Assembly: GCA_963752155.1 (NCBI GenBank)
Contig: CAVVXH010000010.1
Location: 480,001 to 544,000 of the forward strand
DNA: 64,000 bases
Reading direction: 5' to 3'
Origin: an uncultured Parachlamydiaceae bacterium
GTDB taxonomy: Bacteria > Chlamydiota > Chlamydiia > Chlamydiales > Parachlamydiaceae
Part shown: positions 20,490 to 32,727 of the stretch, in pieces
How positions within the stretch are numbered: the first letter of the stretch is position 1
How the letters are laid out: the number at the start of each line of letters is the position of its first letter
Position numbers and translations under genes: made by a program
Notes under the pieces: generated by a model
What the model saw: only the letters and a program-made list of their open reading frames with translations
Told to the model about the DNA's origin: nothing
Database searches by the model: none

Positions 20490-20554
20490 AGATTTGTAAA
20501 AATAACGTCCCCAGAAAGATGGTGGGTTTACGTGAGTAAAGGAGAAAATTTGTC

Positions 20555-21119
20555 ATGTCTCGTAAAGGTAAACATCCCAATTCCTCTACCGAAAGGGGTA
20601 GAAGTTAAAGTCAACGATAATGAAATTCATGTGAAAGGCCCTAAAGGTACTTTACAACATGAAGCTTGTCCCGCGAGTTGAAGTGTGATGTAAAGATGGA
20701 CTTAGTTCCATGTCGAATTTGACTGAAAATCATCAAGATGAAGGTACATTTCCATGGTCTTTTATCGTATCGCTCATCAACAATATGGTTGATGGTGCTT
20801 CTCAAGGTTTCGAAAAAAAATTAGAGATGATCGGCGTGGGTTACCGTGCTGCTGTCCAAGGTCATCTCCTAGATTTGCAGATAGGTTTTCTCTCATCCAA
20901 CTAAACTGCACTATTCCTGAAGGAGATCCAGGTAGTCAAAAGTGGAATAAGAATAAATAATCTCGATCACTATTCCGGATTTGACAAACATAAAGTGGGC
21001 CAATTTGCTGCTAACAGTGCGTGCAGTGCGTCCACCTGAACCCTATCAAGGGCAAGGGAATTCGTTATCAAGGCGAATATGTCCGCAAGAAAGCGGGTAA
21101 AGCTGCTGCTAAAAAGTAA
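20555..21119 (+). CDS. rplF: 50S ribosomal protein L6 (apparent indels)
   Basis: [46 protein letters not shown]. Confidence 0.9.
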
Positions 21120-21140
21120 CGTTAATTGCTATAAGGTAGT

Positions 21141-21518
21141 ATGAGAAACACATTAGAAACAAGATCAATAGAAGACGCAAGCAGAGCAATGCGAGTGCGC
21201 AAGAATTCGCGGAACAAGCACTAAAGCCACGACTCTGTGTCGTCAAAGAGCAATTGCCATATCCAAGTGCAACTGATCGATGATGAAAACGGCAAAACAT
21301 TGGCATGGACTGCAACTTTTGCCAAAGAATTTCGAGAAACGGAATTCTGCGAAAAAAAATAAAACTTCAGCTGCCGAAAACTTGGTGCGAAATATCGCCG
21401 AAATCGCCAAAGAGCAACAATATTAAAGAAGTGGTTTTCGACCGCGGGCCTTTCAAATATCATGGCATCTTCGCGGAACTTGCCGATGCAGCTCGCACTG
21501 GCAGGATTACAATTTTAA
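21141..21518 (+). CDS. rplR: 50S ribosomal protein L18 (apparent indels)
   Basis: KPRLCVV, QLIDDENGKTL, VVFDRGPFKYHG..ELADAAR. Confidence 0.88.
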
Positions 21519-21546
21519 AATAGTCAGCTAAATTTGAGGATTAAAT

Positions 21547-22091
21547 ATGGCAAAGCAGAGTGATCCGCAAAAACGAGATAGTTCGACAGAACAGATAAAG
21601 AAAAGAGAAAGAAAAGCCGAAAGCGATCTGACTGAAAAGGTACTCTATATCAATCGCTGCTCTAAAGTTGTGAAAGGGCGGACGAAAGTTCAGCTTTTCT
21701 GCATTAATTCTTAGTAGGAGATGGAAAAGGTCGTGTTGGTTACGGCTTCGCAAAAGCAAACGAATTGACAGATGCTATCCGCAAAGGTGGAGAAGCTGCC
21801 CGTAAAAATATGATCAGTATTGCCCATCGAAGGCACACAATCCCTCATGAAGTCATTAGACAATGGGATGGCGCAATACTATTACTAAAACCAGCACCTG
21901 ATGGTGCGGCGTTATCGCAGGATCAAAAGTACGTGCTGTCTTCGAAATGGCAGGAATTATAAAGATGTCATGGCCAAAAATTTGGGTCGCAAGAAATCCA
22001 ATCAACCAAGTTAAAGCTGACCTTTAAAGCATTTCGAAATTGCGACAGCCGAGACAAGATTAAACAGATAGAGGAGCGCTGGAAAGCATGA
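21547..22091 (+). CDS. rpsE: 30S ribosomal protein S5 (apparent indels)
   Basis: EKVLYINRCSKVVKG, FSFSAL, GDGKGRVGYG, DAIRKGGEAARKN, TIPHEV, LLKPAPDG. Confidence 0.88.
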
Positions 22092-22550
22092 TCACTCTTG
22101 CAATCTTAAAAAATATGTCCCGATCTCAAAAAGCGACGAAGCGTGTAGGTCGGGGCCTGGTTCCGGACTAGGAAAAACATGTGGACGTGGCGAAAAAGGG
22201 GCTGGATCTCGATCTGGTTACAAACGCCGTCATAGGATATGAAGGCGGACAGTTTAGGACGTTCATGAAAATACCATCGCGTGGATTTAAGCAAGAACGG
22301 TTCCGACAGACCTATCGATTGTCGTTAATCTTGGACAAATCGAATCAATGTATGAAGACGGCGAGACAGTCAATGTCCAAACTTTGAAAGAACGTGGATT
22401 TCTTTCACGGCCTTCGCATGGCTCAAAATACTTGGCAACGGCGAGCTGACAAAAAAACGTGACAATCGAAGCTCATGCTTTTTCTGACAGTGCAAGAGAA
22501 AAATTGAACACTGCAAAATTGCCTTCAATCTCTCGACAATTGCCAAGTAG
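22088..22550 (+). CDS. rplO: 50S ribosomal protein L15 (apparent indels)
   Basis: KRVGRG.GSGLGKTCGRGEKGAGSRSG, GYEGGQ, ILGNGEL. Confidence 0.88.
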
Positions 22551-22589
22551 TCGGTGAAGATCCAATGCCATAAGACATATAGGATACCA

Positions 22590-23963
22590 ATGCTGCAAGA
22601 AATTCAACGAGTTTTTCAAGTCCCTGAGCTAAGATCAAAAATTCTGTTCACTTTGTTGATGCTAGCTGTTTGCCGCATCGGTAGCATTTATTCCGGTTCC
22701 AGGAATCAATGGTGAAATCGCTGTGAGTTTTTTCAGACATGCTACAGGTGGCGGCCAAAACCTTTTTCAGATGGTCGATATTTTTTCTGGCGGCGCATTT
22801 TCGCAGATGACTGTCATCGCCCTTGGTGTGGTGCCTTACATCTCTGCTTCGATCATTATGCAGTTCTTGTGGCCTTTGGCCATCGCTTCAAAGGAAATGA
22901 GAGAAAATCAGAGCAAGGTAAAGCGCAAAGTCAATAAACTTGACACGCCTTTTAACTGTAGTTCTTTCGTTCTTCAGTCGGCCTTTTTTGCAAAATATGC
23001 TTTGCAAATGAATTTAGCGTCCTGGCATTATTGCAGGCGAACTTCTCGATATTCAAATTTTTGGGATTCCCATGGCTGTTTTACTTAGTTGTTATCTTCA
23101 CAATGACTACAGGAACAATGTTTCTTAATGTGGATTGGAGAACAGATCACTGAAAGAGGAATCGGCAATGGAATGAGTTTAATTATCACGATTGGGATAT
23201 CTGTCTTCATTGCCCACTGCCTTGGGCTTGATTTTCCAACAGCTTAACTTGGACTCCCAAGAGCCAGGACAAATGAATTTTGCATCTGTCCTTGTTTTAG
23301 TTGGCAGTATTTGTCTTGGTCACTATCGCAACAATTTTGATTATCCAAGGTCATCGACGTATTCCTCTGCAATATGCTAGAAGAGTCGTGGGAAGAAAAG
23401 AAGTGCAAGGAGGAAACTCTTATATTCCGTTAAAAGTCAATTATGCTGGTGTTATTCCTGTCATATTTGCCTCTTCGCTGCTTATGTTCCCTGCCACTCT
23501 TGGCACTTTTGTTGGAAGAGGAAATTGGCTTGGCGAAATTGCCGCTTGGCTGTCTCCAGGAAGTTCTTTATATATGGTTTTTTATGTTGTCCTTGATCAT
23601 ATTTTTCACCTACTTTTGGACTGCTACTCAATTTCGACCCGATCAAATTGCCTCTGATATGAAAAAAAATGGAGCATTTATTCCTGGCATTAGACAAGGA
23701 AAGCCAACTCAAGATTATCTTAGAAAGCACAATGAACCGAATCACATTGATTGGAGCTGTTTTCTTAGCTCTGATCGCTATTTTGCCCGACTATCATTGG
23801 CAGAATGCTTGGAGTTCCACAAACGATCAGTTACTTTTTTGGCGGAACAGCTCTGTTGATCTTAGTAGGTGTTGTTCTCGATACCATGAAACAAGTGGAA
23901 TCCCATCTTCTGATGAAGCGATATGATGGCTTCATGAAAAACGGACGAGTCAGAGGTCGTTAA
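22590..23963 (+). CDS. secY: Preprotein translocase SecY (many apparent indels)
   Basis: [80 protein letters not shown]. Confidence 0.92.
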
Positions 23964-24050
23964 AAGAATTAATAGTTTGCAATTGAAAAAGAATCTGTTA
24001 AAATATTAAAATTTCGATTGGCAGTTTAAGAATTAGAGTAGGAGTTATCA

Positions 24051-24421
24051 ATGCCAAGAGTTATCGGTATCGATATACCGGATAATAAAAGATTAGAGAT
24101 CAGTCTTGACGTACATCTATGGAGTCGGTCGCCATCTTGTCAAATGAAATTATCACAAAACTTGGCCTTGACCCTGACATGCGCGCTCATAAATTGACTC
24201 AAGATGATATTGCTCGTATCAATCGGCTTGTTGCAAGCGGAATATGTCGTTGAAGGAGACCTGCGACGTCAAGTGCAAAATAATATTAAGCGTTTGATTA
24301 ATATCCACTCCTATCGAGGACTCGCCACCGCTTTGGATTGCCTGTTCGCGGACAACGACTAGAACGAATTCTAGAACACGTAAAGGGCAGACGTAAAACA
24401 GTTGCTAACAAGAAAAAATAA
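24051..24421 (+). CDS. rpsM: 30S ribosomal protein S13 (apparent indels)
   Basis: [39 protein letters not shown]. Confidence 0.9.
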
Positions 24422-24441
24422 TTAAGAGGAGTGCACTAACT

Positions 24442-24861
24442 TTGAGCTAAGCCACTAAGCAGACCGACAAGCTGGCAAAAAAACCTGTTAAAACAAACGA
24501 AAGCAGCTCTGAACAGTCCCAGCTGGAATCGCTCATGTCAAAGCGACATTTTAATAACACGATTATTGTTATCACAGATCCTGCTGGAAAAGTAATCTCT
24601 GGTCATCTGCTGGAAAGGTAAATTTTTCCGGATCTCGAAAATCGTCTGCTTTTGCTGCCACTGTTGCTGCTCAAGATGCTGCAAAGGCAGCTGTTTCAGC
24701 TTCTGGAATGAGGAAGTTGAAGTCAATTTAAAAGGACCTGGTGCTGGTCGCGAATCTGCTGTCGAGGATTGCAAAGTGCTGGATTGACAATATCAGCAAT
24801 TCGTGACACAACTCCGGTTCCGCATAATGGATGCCGACCACGCAAACGTCGTCGGGTATAG
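24442..24861 (+). CDS. rpsK: 30S ribosomal protein S11 (apparent indels; start approximate)
   Basis: [51 protein letters not shown]. Confidence 0.9.
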
Positions 24862-24907
24862 TTATTACCTAGCACCCCTACAAACGACAAATTTCAGGAG
24901 TTGACTT

Positions 24908-26084
24908 ATGTCAGTAAAGTATGGCAAATTTGAAATGCCACAAAAAATTACTGTGGATAAAGAATCTGAATCTAAAACATATGCTCGTTTCATCGCTGAG
25001 CCGTTTGAAAGAGGTTTTGGACATACGATCGGTAATTCAATGCGGCGAATGATGCTCTCATCTTTAGAAGCTCCGGCAATCATTTCAATGCGTATTGAAG
25101 GAGCTCCTCACGAGTATATGTCCATTGAAGGCGTTATAGAAGATATGACTAATATCATACTTAACTTCAAAGGAGCTCTTTTCCGTTGTGCACCATCAGA
25201 GCAAGTTCATGTTGCAGGCGGACCACGTCATGTGTCAACTTCATTTGAAGTCACTCGAGAAGATCTCGATAAAAATGGTGGACAAGTTTCAATACTCCTC
25301 GGTGACCTTGTCAAAGAAGGCAATTTTGAAGTTGTCAATCCTGATTTGCACTTTTTACGGTGACTAAGCCTATGAGTCGTCAAATTGATCTACGATTGCA
25401 ATTGGTCGAGGGTATGTGCCTTCAGAACGTCATAATGTGCCAGATAAAACTTCGGATGAAATTCTCATCGATGCGGCTTTTTCTCCTGTTCGTTTAGTCA
25501 ATTATTATGTTGAAAATACACGGGTAGGACAAGATACTGATTTTGATCGATTGATTTTTGAAGTGCATACAGATGGTCGAGTGACCCCTGCAGAAGCGAT
25601 AAGTTTTGCGGCACAGATTGGGCAACGCATTTTGATGTTTTCGCGAAGGATAAAACACATCCCGTGCTTTTTGACGAAGGTTTCGAGAGCATAATCCGAT
25701 CAAGATGAAATGATGGAAAAATTGTCCCTTCGAATCGATGAAATTGAACTTTCTGTTCGTTCAACAAATTGTTTAAGTGGAGCGAACATTGATACAATTG
25801 CTGAGTTGGTTTCGATTCCGGAAAGGCGCATGTTAGAGTTTCGAAATTTTGGAAAGAAATCTCTTAATGAAATTAAAGCTAAATTGACCGAAATGGGTTT
25901 ACATTTAGGAATGGATTTAACTAGTTTTGGTCTGACTTCAGATAATATTAAAGAGAAAGTACGTTTGTACAATGAAGAAAGAAAAGGTCGAAGAGAGCTC
26001 TATAGCGAAAGGGCTAAATCATCTATGGAAGGGGAATCTTTCACTGAAGAGGATGATGAAGATGAAGAGGATGACGAGGAATAA
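24908..26084 (+). CDS. rpoA: RNA polymerase subunit alpha (split over three frames by apparent indels); acidic C-terminal tail
   Basis: [65 protein letters not shown]. Confidence 0.95.
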
Positions 26085-26087
26085 ATC

Positions 26088-26516
26088 ATGAGACATCGTA
26101 AAAATACATGCAAACTTAATCGAACGACTTCGCACCGTCGTTGTATGTTTGCTAATATGCTCAAATCGTTAATTGAAAATGAGCAAATTCAAACAACTGT
26201 TGCAAAAGCTAAGGCTTTGCGGCGTTATGCTGATCAGATGATCACGTTGGCAAAAAAGAATACTTTAGCTGCTAGGCGACAAGCTATTAGTGCGCTAATG
26301 ATTCGTTTTAATCAATTAAGCGATAAAGAGGAGCGTGCAGCCCGAAACGGTGATACTTCAGCTTACAATACAGATCGTAAAGTCATTCAGAAGCTGTTTG
26401 ACGAGCTGGGAGTACGCTTTGTGAATCGTAATGGTGGATATACACGAATTATGAAAAGTTCACATCGTTTGGGTGATAACGCTCAAATGGCTGTCATTGA
26501 ATATCTTCAGGATTAG
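26088..26516 (+). CDS. rplQ: 50S ribosomal protein L17
   Basis: [37 protein letters not shown]. Confidence 0.97.
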   Translation: MRHRKNTCKLNRTTSHRRCMFANMLKSLIENEQIQTTVAKAKALRRYADQMITLAKKNTLAARRQAISALMIRFNQLSDKEERAARNGDTSAYNTDRKVIQKLFDELGVRFVNRNGGYTRIMKSSHRLGDNAQMAVIEYLQD

Positions 26517-26663
26517 CAAGGACAGCAAGGACGGCAAGGACGACAAGGACGACAAGGCAAGGACAATTCCCTGTGTTACCGTCTCTCCTTGCCTGCTGTT
26601 TTTAACGTCCCTGTTGTCCTTGTTGTCCTTGTTGTCCTTGCTGTCCCTGTCGTCCTTGCCGTC
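26517..26663. repeat. Fold-back element copy 2 (CAAGGACRR arrays in inverted orientation, ~40-bp spacer)
   Basis: Starts at the base after the rplQ TAG; about 5 units on the left and about 6 inverted units on the right. Confidence 0.9.
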
Positions 26664-26772
26664 TAAGAGCTAAGTGTTATTTTTCTTTATTTCAAATCCA
26701 ATATGCAGTATCTTTAGCTCAAGTGAAGGCTTTGTAGCCCTTTTTATTTAATTCTTGTCTAGGGAGGATCTT

Positions 26773-27803
<1,031 letters not shown>

Positions 27804-27831
27804 AACCCCTTTAACTTTGGAATAATTAAAC

Positions 27832-29013
27832 GTGGATTTTACTCGTGAACCAATTATTGAAACTGTCATTACCCCTAAAGAGGGGTGTACACTTGTCGTC
27901 CGCAGCAGTAAAAGTTCGGGACAAGATGAACATTTTGTAGATGCTGTCGAAGTCGTCGCCTTCGGAAATTCTATTTTTTTCCGCTCTCGCGAGCGCCCAA
28001 AAGCTTTCTTAGTGCCTGTAAGCGATTATGAAATTTTAGAAGTGCGCGAAACACGGTTGCTTTTGAAAAATGTGAGTGTTGATCGTGCCATTAAAATAGC
28101 CGGTGGACGGGAAGCTCCTCTTCATCCAGGGCGTGAAGTTTCAATTTCAAAAGGTGAACAGCCTGTTGCCACTTCCTCCGAAAAGAATGGAACGCAACAA
28201 GGTGTGCAACCAAAACCTCAAGAACTGCCTTTACCTGAGGATTCTGCGACTTCGGATGCGAAGTTAGACATTCGAGGAGATAAAAAGCGCGATAGGCGAA
28301 GGAATCATCGACGTCGGCGTGGAAAAGAAGATGGCAAGGGTATAGAGGATGCTGAATCAGGAGAAGCCTTCCCATCGGGTGCTGATAATGTTGAACTGCC
28401 GGCACCTCATCTGACTAAAGAGGAGATTACTGCAACTTCTTCTACGGCTCCGGTAGCTGCGTTACTTTCTAGTTTGCTTTCACCTCCACCAAATCTTATT
28501 TCCGAAACCATTGCTCGGTATAAAGATAATGTTCTGTTCAAAGGAGCTTTTTTCTCAAAAGAAGTTGAGACGGATGATCTAGATGAGGATCAGGATGAAG
28601 GGGAAGAGACAGAAAATTCTGGAAACGAAGAAGATGAAGTCAATGAAGGGGTTGAAAAAGAGGAAAACTCAAATGTAGATCGCCCTCATGGGCACCTTTT
28701 GCATGAAGGGTTGAGTGAGCAACATGAGGAAATTGAAGTTCCCCAAATGTCTCTCGATTATCCTGTTTATGGTTTTTTAGAGAAAGATGCTGATTCAGAT
28801 GATATCTCTGAAGGTGCTTGCGAGGTAGCTCATGAGGTAGAGTGTGGAGTGCATGAGGAACCGGTTTCTAGTAAAGAAGAAATTGTTCCTTCTGACACTG
28901 TATCTCATGCTGCAGAAGTAATCGCTGATGAACATTTATCTTCAGATGAAGTTTCTGTTGAAAGTAAGCATGAAGAAGAGGATGCGAAGCCTTTTGAAAG
29001 TAAAGATAATTAA
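27832..29013 (+). CDS. grgA: Chlamydial transcription factor GrgA family protein with a long acidic C-terminus
   Basis: N-terminus FTREPIIETVITPKEGC.LVVR..FFRS.ERPKAFLVPVSDYEILEVRE..DRAIKIAGGRE matches my recollection of chlamydial GrgA; basic RRRR patch; rplQ-gap-grgA synteny. Confidence 0.8.
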   Translation: MDFTREPIIETVITPKEGCTLVVRSSKSSGQDEHFVDAVEVVAFGNSIFFRSRERPKAFLVPVSDYEILEVRETRLLLKNVSVDRAIKIAGGREAPLHPGREVSISKGEQPVATSSEKNGTQQGVQPKPQELPLPEDSATSDAKLDIRGDKKRDRRRNHRRRRGKEDGKGIEDAESGEAFPSGADNVELPAPHLTKEEITATSSTAPVAALLSSLLSPPPNLISETIARYKDNVLFKGAFFSKEVETDDLDEDQDEGEETENSGNEEDEVNEGVEKEENSNVDRPHGHLLHEGLSEQHEEIEVPQMSLDYPVYGFLEKDADSDDISEGACEVAHEVECGVHEEPVSSKEEIVPSDTVSHAAEVIADEHLSSDEVSVESKHEEEDAKPFESKDN

Positions 29014-29023
29014 GGCCAATCCC

Positions 29024-29071
29024 TAAGTCAGCGTTTGAGATCGTTAGTCGTTGATCACAAACGTTGACTTA
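29024..29071. terminator. Long hairpin just after grgA
   Basis: TAAGTCAGCGTTTGAGATC / GATCACAAACGTTGACTTA. Confidence 0.5.
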
Positions 29072-29141
29072 TCTCGATCCCTGTCGGGAAGTATCAAATT
29101 TCTAAAGCTCCTTTCCATTGGTGCCTGATCCAAAATACGTG

Positions 29142-29388
29142 ACTTCTAATTAAGTATGCACTCCTGATTATAACAAAAAGGACAACAAGGACAACAAGGA
29201 CGGCAAGGACAACAAGGACAACAAGCAAGGACAATGACAGCAAACCATTACTATAGACATTAATGTCGTCGTCGTCACCCGAGAGTCTTTATTTTACGTC
29301 CTTGTTGTCCTTGTTTGTTGTCCTTGTTGTCCTTGCTGTCCTTGTTGTCCTTTTTGTTATAATCATGGGTGCATACTTAATTAGAAGT
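29142..29388. repeat. Fold-back element copy 3, with an additional ~35-bp unique terminal inverted repeat (MITE-like)
   Basis: ACTTCTAATTAAGTATGCACTCCTGATTATAACAAAAAGGAC.. / ..GTCCTTTTTGTTATAATCATGGGTGCATACTTAATTAGAAGT flanking CAAGGACRR arrays. Confidence 0.9.
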
Positions 29389-29909
29389 TATATGGAAGCC
29401 CCTTCCAACGACTGTGAAATCACTGCCGAATTATCCGGAATTAAACGCGGTCGACCTTGGTAACCAACGATTAAAAATACAGGTTGTCCGGGATTTAAGA
29501 GATTATCCATACCTTGAATGATAACCTTGATTTCTCCGGTGTTTAACTGAACCACGTATTCGTAGGCATCCTGTGAACTAAGATCTTTTTCCACGGATGC
29601 TCCGATGGCTAGTCCCAATAAAGCTCCGGCGGTAGTTGTGATTGCATTGCCACTTCCTTTTCCAATTTGATTTCCTAAGATACCGCCAGTAACGCCTCCG
29701 ATGACCATTCCTGTAATATTATCAGCATTTTCTACTCGAACTACACGGACATCAATAACAACACCTTGATAGGCTTCCGAAACTTCCGTTACGGAATTTT
29801 CCGAATAAATGTCTGATGAAATTTGATGAGCACACCCGGAAAGCAGTGTTATGGTTGAGCACAATGTGATCAGCCGGATCGAAGCATGAAAGAATTTTGA
29901 AATATTCAT
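29388..29909 (-). CDS. Glycine-zipper 2TM lipoprotein (SlyB/Pcp-like)
   Basis: Lipobox LSGC, GGVTGGILGNQIGKGSG..AGALLGLAIG. Confidence 0.85.
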   Translation of the reverse strand: MNISKFFHASIRLITLCSTITLLSGCAHQISSDIYSENSVTEVSEAYQGVVIDVRVVRVENADNITGMVIGGVTGGILGNQIGKGSGNAITTTAGALLGLAIGASVEKDLSSQDAYEYVVQLNTGEIKVIIQGMDNLLNPGQPVFLIVGYQGRPRLIPDNSAVISQSLEGASI

Positions 29910-30097
29910 TTCTATTCCATTATTTTAAAACGTTTGCACTTGGAATTACAATTGTAACAAGTCGAGATAAATTTGTCATTTATGTTTGTGTTGATAAGGT
30001 TGTTTGTGCTCAAAGCGAGGTTTAGGGGCAGTCTTTTTTGCTAATGATATATGAAAATCATGCCCTTGCAGCTTGGGACTCAAACCATATTTTCTCT
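29800..30097. repeat. Inverted repeat A (partner A' at 35371-35669)
   Basis: About 298-bp reverse-complement match, with about 9 substitutions and 1 indel by eye. Confidence 0.92.
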
Positions 30098-30211
30098 AAA
30101 AGTTTTTTTATTTTAGGATTTTTATTATCGCACAATAATCAGTTATGGTACATTGAGGTCTCATTAATTTGCATGAGCAGTTGGCACAAATCTAAGTATT
30201 AGGAGGATAGT

Positions 30212-32320
30212 ATGGAGCCTGCAAGAAGTGTTTCTGGCTTGAATAAATGTTCGGTAGAATCTACCACTTATGGAAGCATAGTTAATGCCAAAAGCCTACC
30301 TAGTAGTAAGAAAAATGCGAAGAGTTTTGTAATTGCCTCCAATATCGGTGATATTGATGAAAGAGACAAAGCTCCCTGTGTTGTGAAGTCTATAGAAGTT
30401 ATTTCTGGTTTTTTTGAAAGAAGTCCGGACACTATCAAACTTATGTTGTCTTTTTTAGATCCTACGAGTATGGAGGTGACTGCACAAATAAATCGCTGTT
30501 GGAATAAATGGACGATTGAATCTGCAAAAGAGAGACAGTTTAATTTGATAAAGAATTTTGTTGAATTTTTAAGTGCAAAGTTAAATCAAGATTTTTCTTC
30601 AAAAGAAATACAGTCTCCTTTTGATATTCTTAGTGGCCAAACCTTTCTAAATTCTGAAAACCTAATCCAAGTTAAATTATCAATCATTCTCTTAAGGCAA
30701 AAAAAAATGTATATGTTGGCGGGTATAGCTAAAGGCAATTTGATAGAGTTAAAAGAAGATGAAGATTTCAAAAAAGTAGTAAAACCTCTTTTTTTTAAAG
30801 AAATCATTGATCTAGCTATACGTTACCAAACTCAAGTTAAGGATTACAAAGAGCTAGAGACTACAATGATAGATGATAAATTAAAAAAAGATGCTCTTTG
30901 TTCCGAATTAATTCAATACAAAGAAAATTATAACGCCTTTGCTTATGAGATTATTCAATTTTCTAAGAGAATCAATGATGTTGGAATAAGGGATCAAGTT
31001 TTTAATATTTGTATACAATCGAAATTTATGGGGCTCGATAACATGATTGAAGCGATGCGAGTTATGAGTGATTCTTGCAAAGATAAAGATAAAGCTTTTT
31101 GGCGTATTATCGAAATCTTTAAACCTAATACGCTACTAAATAATAACTTCATCGATACTGATAAACTCAGTAAGTTTGTAAATGAAAATAAAATGCCTGG
31201 TATGGAAGAAAAAGATGTTCTTCTTAAGATTTCTAAGGATTTACTAAAAGAAAGACCAATCGATCCCTCAGAAGCCCTTTTAGCAATCGATAATGCTTCA
31301 AAAGTTGCTATGAAAATCAATGACCTTACAACAAAAAGCAACGCCCTCGATAAAATTGTTAGAGTATTAGTAAATAAGATTGTTAAAATATTAGCAATAA
31401 ATAGAGAATTTGATAAGACTCTTTATCCAAAATTTCATGAGGCTATTGATAAGGCCCTTAAGTTAGCTAAGGAACTCCCATTTGATAAGCAAAAAAGTGA
31501 AACTTTGACACAGATTAGAAAACTGTTTCTTGATGACAAAACCTGTGGGTCATATCAATACAAGGGCAAGGCCCTTGGGATTCCTGATAATATTATTGAT
31601 GAACTTATTAAGATTGCTGAGACAATTCAAGATAATGGATTGAGAAATCAAGTTCTTTACCCTATTTTCGATATATTAACAGGAAGAAAAGATTATAATA
31701 AGGCTATTGAGGTTGCGGAGGCAATCAAAGAGATTACATTAAAAAATAAAGCTCTTAATGTTATTTTTGATAAATTAACGTTGGGTGAAGAAATTTACAT
31801 TCTGGCTGTTGAGGTTTCTAAGAAAATCAAAGGTGATATATCAATAGAGGAATCAATAAGCAAAAAACTTTTAGAGGTTTCGAAAATGCTCATCAATTGC
31901 AAAGAAATTGATTTTGCTGTAGCATTCGCCAGAGAGATACGAATTTCAGAAGATAAAAATCAAATTTTTGGTATTATTTGTGAATGCTTAATTAAAGAAA
32001 ACAAGATTGATGAAGCCCTTGAACTTCTTATTGAAATCACTGATCTTTCAACAATAGTCGAAATCTTTAAGACAATATCTACAAAAATGAAAACTGTTGA
32101 TGATACCATTATTAATAAGATCATTCAATTTGCAGATACAATTGCCGTCAAAGATAAAAAACTCACGATTTTTGATATTATTTTTATGAAATTAGATGTT
32201 GGCAAGATTGAGAAATTTGCCAGTTTGATTACTGATGAGGTTATGAAGAATCAAATTCTTGCTCGTTATAAAATTACCAGCAGTTCTGATGAATCTTCTT
32301 GCGAGTCTTCTAATGATTAG
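30212..32320 (+). CDS. F-box-like protein with C-terminal helical repeats (putative secreted effector)
   Basis: SPDTIKLMLSFLDPTSMEVTAQINRCWNKW resembles an F-box; repeated DKAxxxAxxI..KxxAL units; Ser-rich N-terminus. Confidence 0.6.
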   Translation: MEPARSVSGLNKCSVESTTYGSIVNAKSLPSSKKNAKSFVIASNIGDIDERDKAPCVVKSIEVISGFFERSPDTIKLMLSFLDPTSMEVTAQINRCWNKWTIESAKERQFNLIKNFVEFLSAKLNQDFSSKEIQSPFDILSGQTFLNSENLIQVKLSIILLRQKKMYMLAGIAKGNLIELKEDEDFKKVVKPLFFKEIIDLAIRYQTQVKDYKELETTMIDDKLKKDALCSELIQYKENYNAFAYEIIQFSKRINDVGIRDQVFNICIQSKFMGLDNMIEAMRVMSDSCKDKDKAFWRIIEIFKPNTLLNNNFIDTDKLSKFVNENKMPGMEEKDVLLKISKDLLKERPIDPSEALLAIDNASKVAMKINDLTTKSNALDKIVRVLVNKIVKILAINREFDKTLYPKFHEAIDKALKLAKELPFDKQKSETLTQIRKLFLDDKTCGSYQYKGKALGIPDNIIDELIKIAETIQDNGLRNQVLYPIFDILTGRKDYNKAIEVAEAIKEITLKNKALNVIFDKLTLGEEIYILAVEVSKKIKGDISIEESISKKLLEVSKMLINCKEIDFAVAFAREIRISEDKNQIFGIICECLIKENKIDEALELLIEITDLSTIVEIFKTISTKMKTVDDTIINKIIQFADTIAVKDKKLTIFDIIFMKLDVGKIEKFASLITDEVMKNQILARYKITSSSDESSCESSND

Positions 32321-32465
32321 TATTTTAAAGAAGCAACAAAATACCAAGAAAATTAAATCGTTTCTCCCGAGGTCAGGCACCAATGGCAAGGCGCTTTAAA
32401 AATTTGTTATTTTCCGGTAAGGAGCGCCACAGGCAACTGTCTTGCTTTGTGTTTAATTTTTCCTA

Positions 32466-32584
32466 TTGGTGTAATTTAAGAATCATGTTTAGATTGATCT
32501 AATATTTTTTTCTGTTAGAGGTGAGATCAGAAATAAAAATGCAAATTTATAAATCTATTTCAAATAAAGGCAGTGCTATTTTTT
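32466..32584. repeat. Inverted repeat B (partner B' at 34623-34742)
   Basis: About 120-bp non-coding reverse-complement match, roughly 90% identical by eye. Confidence 0.88.
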
Positions 32585-32727
32585 TATTATTTTTTTATTG
32601 CATTAATGTAACCAAATTTAGTATGATTTGTTTGTGGATAAATGGTTTATCTATCAAAGACGAAAAATCAGCTTTTTTTTATTCTATATAAAAAGTTGTG
32701 AAAATTAACCAAAAGGAAACTTCAATT

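Noticed and set aside
16466..25720. Programmed frameshifting, an alternative genetic code or true pseudogenes in the ribosomal operon
   Set aside because: The indels are numerous, of both signs and lack slippery-site logic. The genes are essential and the flanking genes read normally in code 11.
13868..26516. Absence of rpsJ, rpsN, rpmD, adk, infA, rpmJ and rpsD from the operon
   Set aside because: This matches the usual chlamydial organisation as I recall it, so it is not novel.
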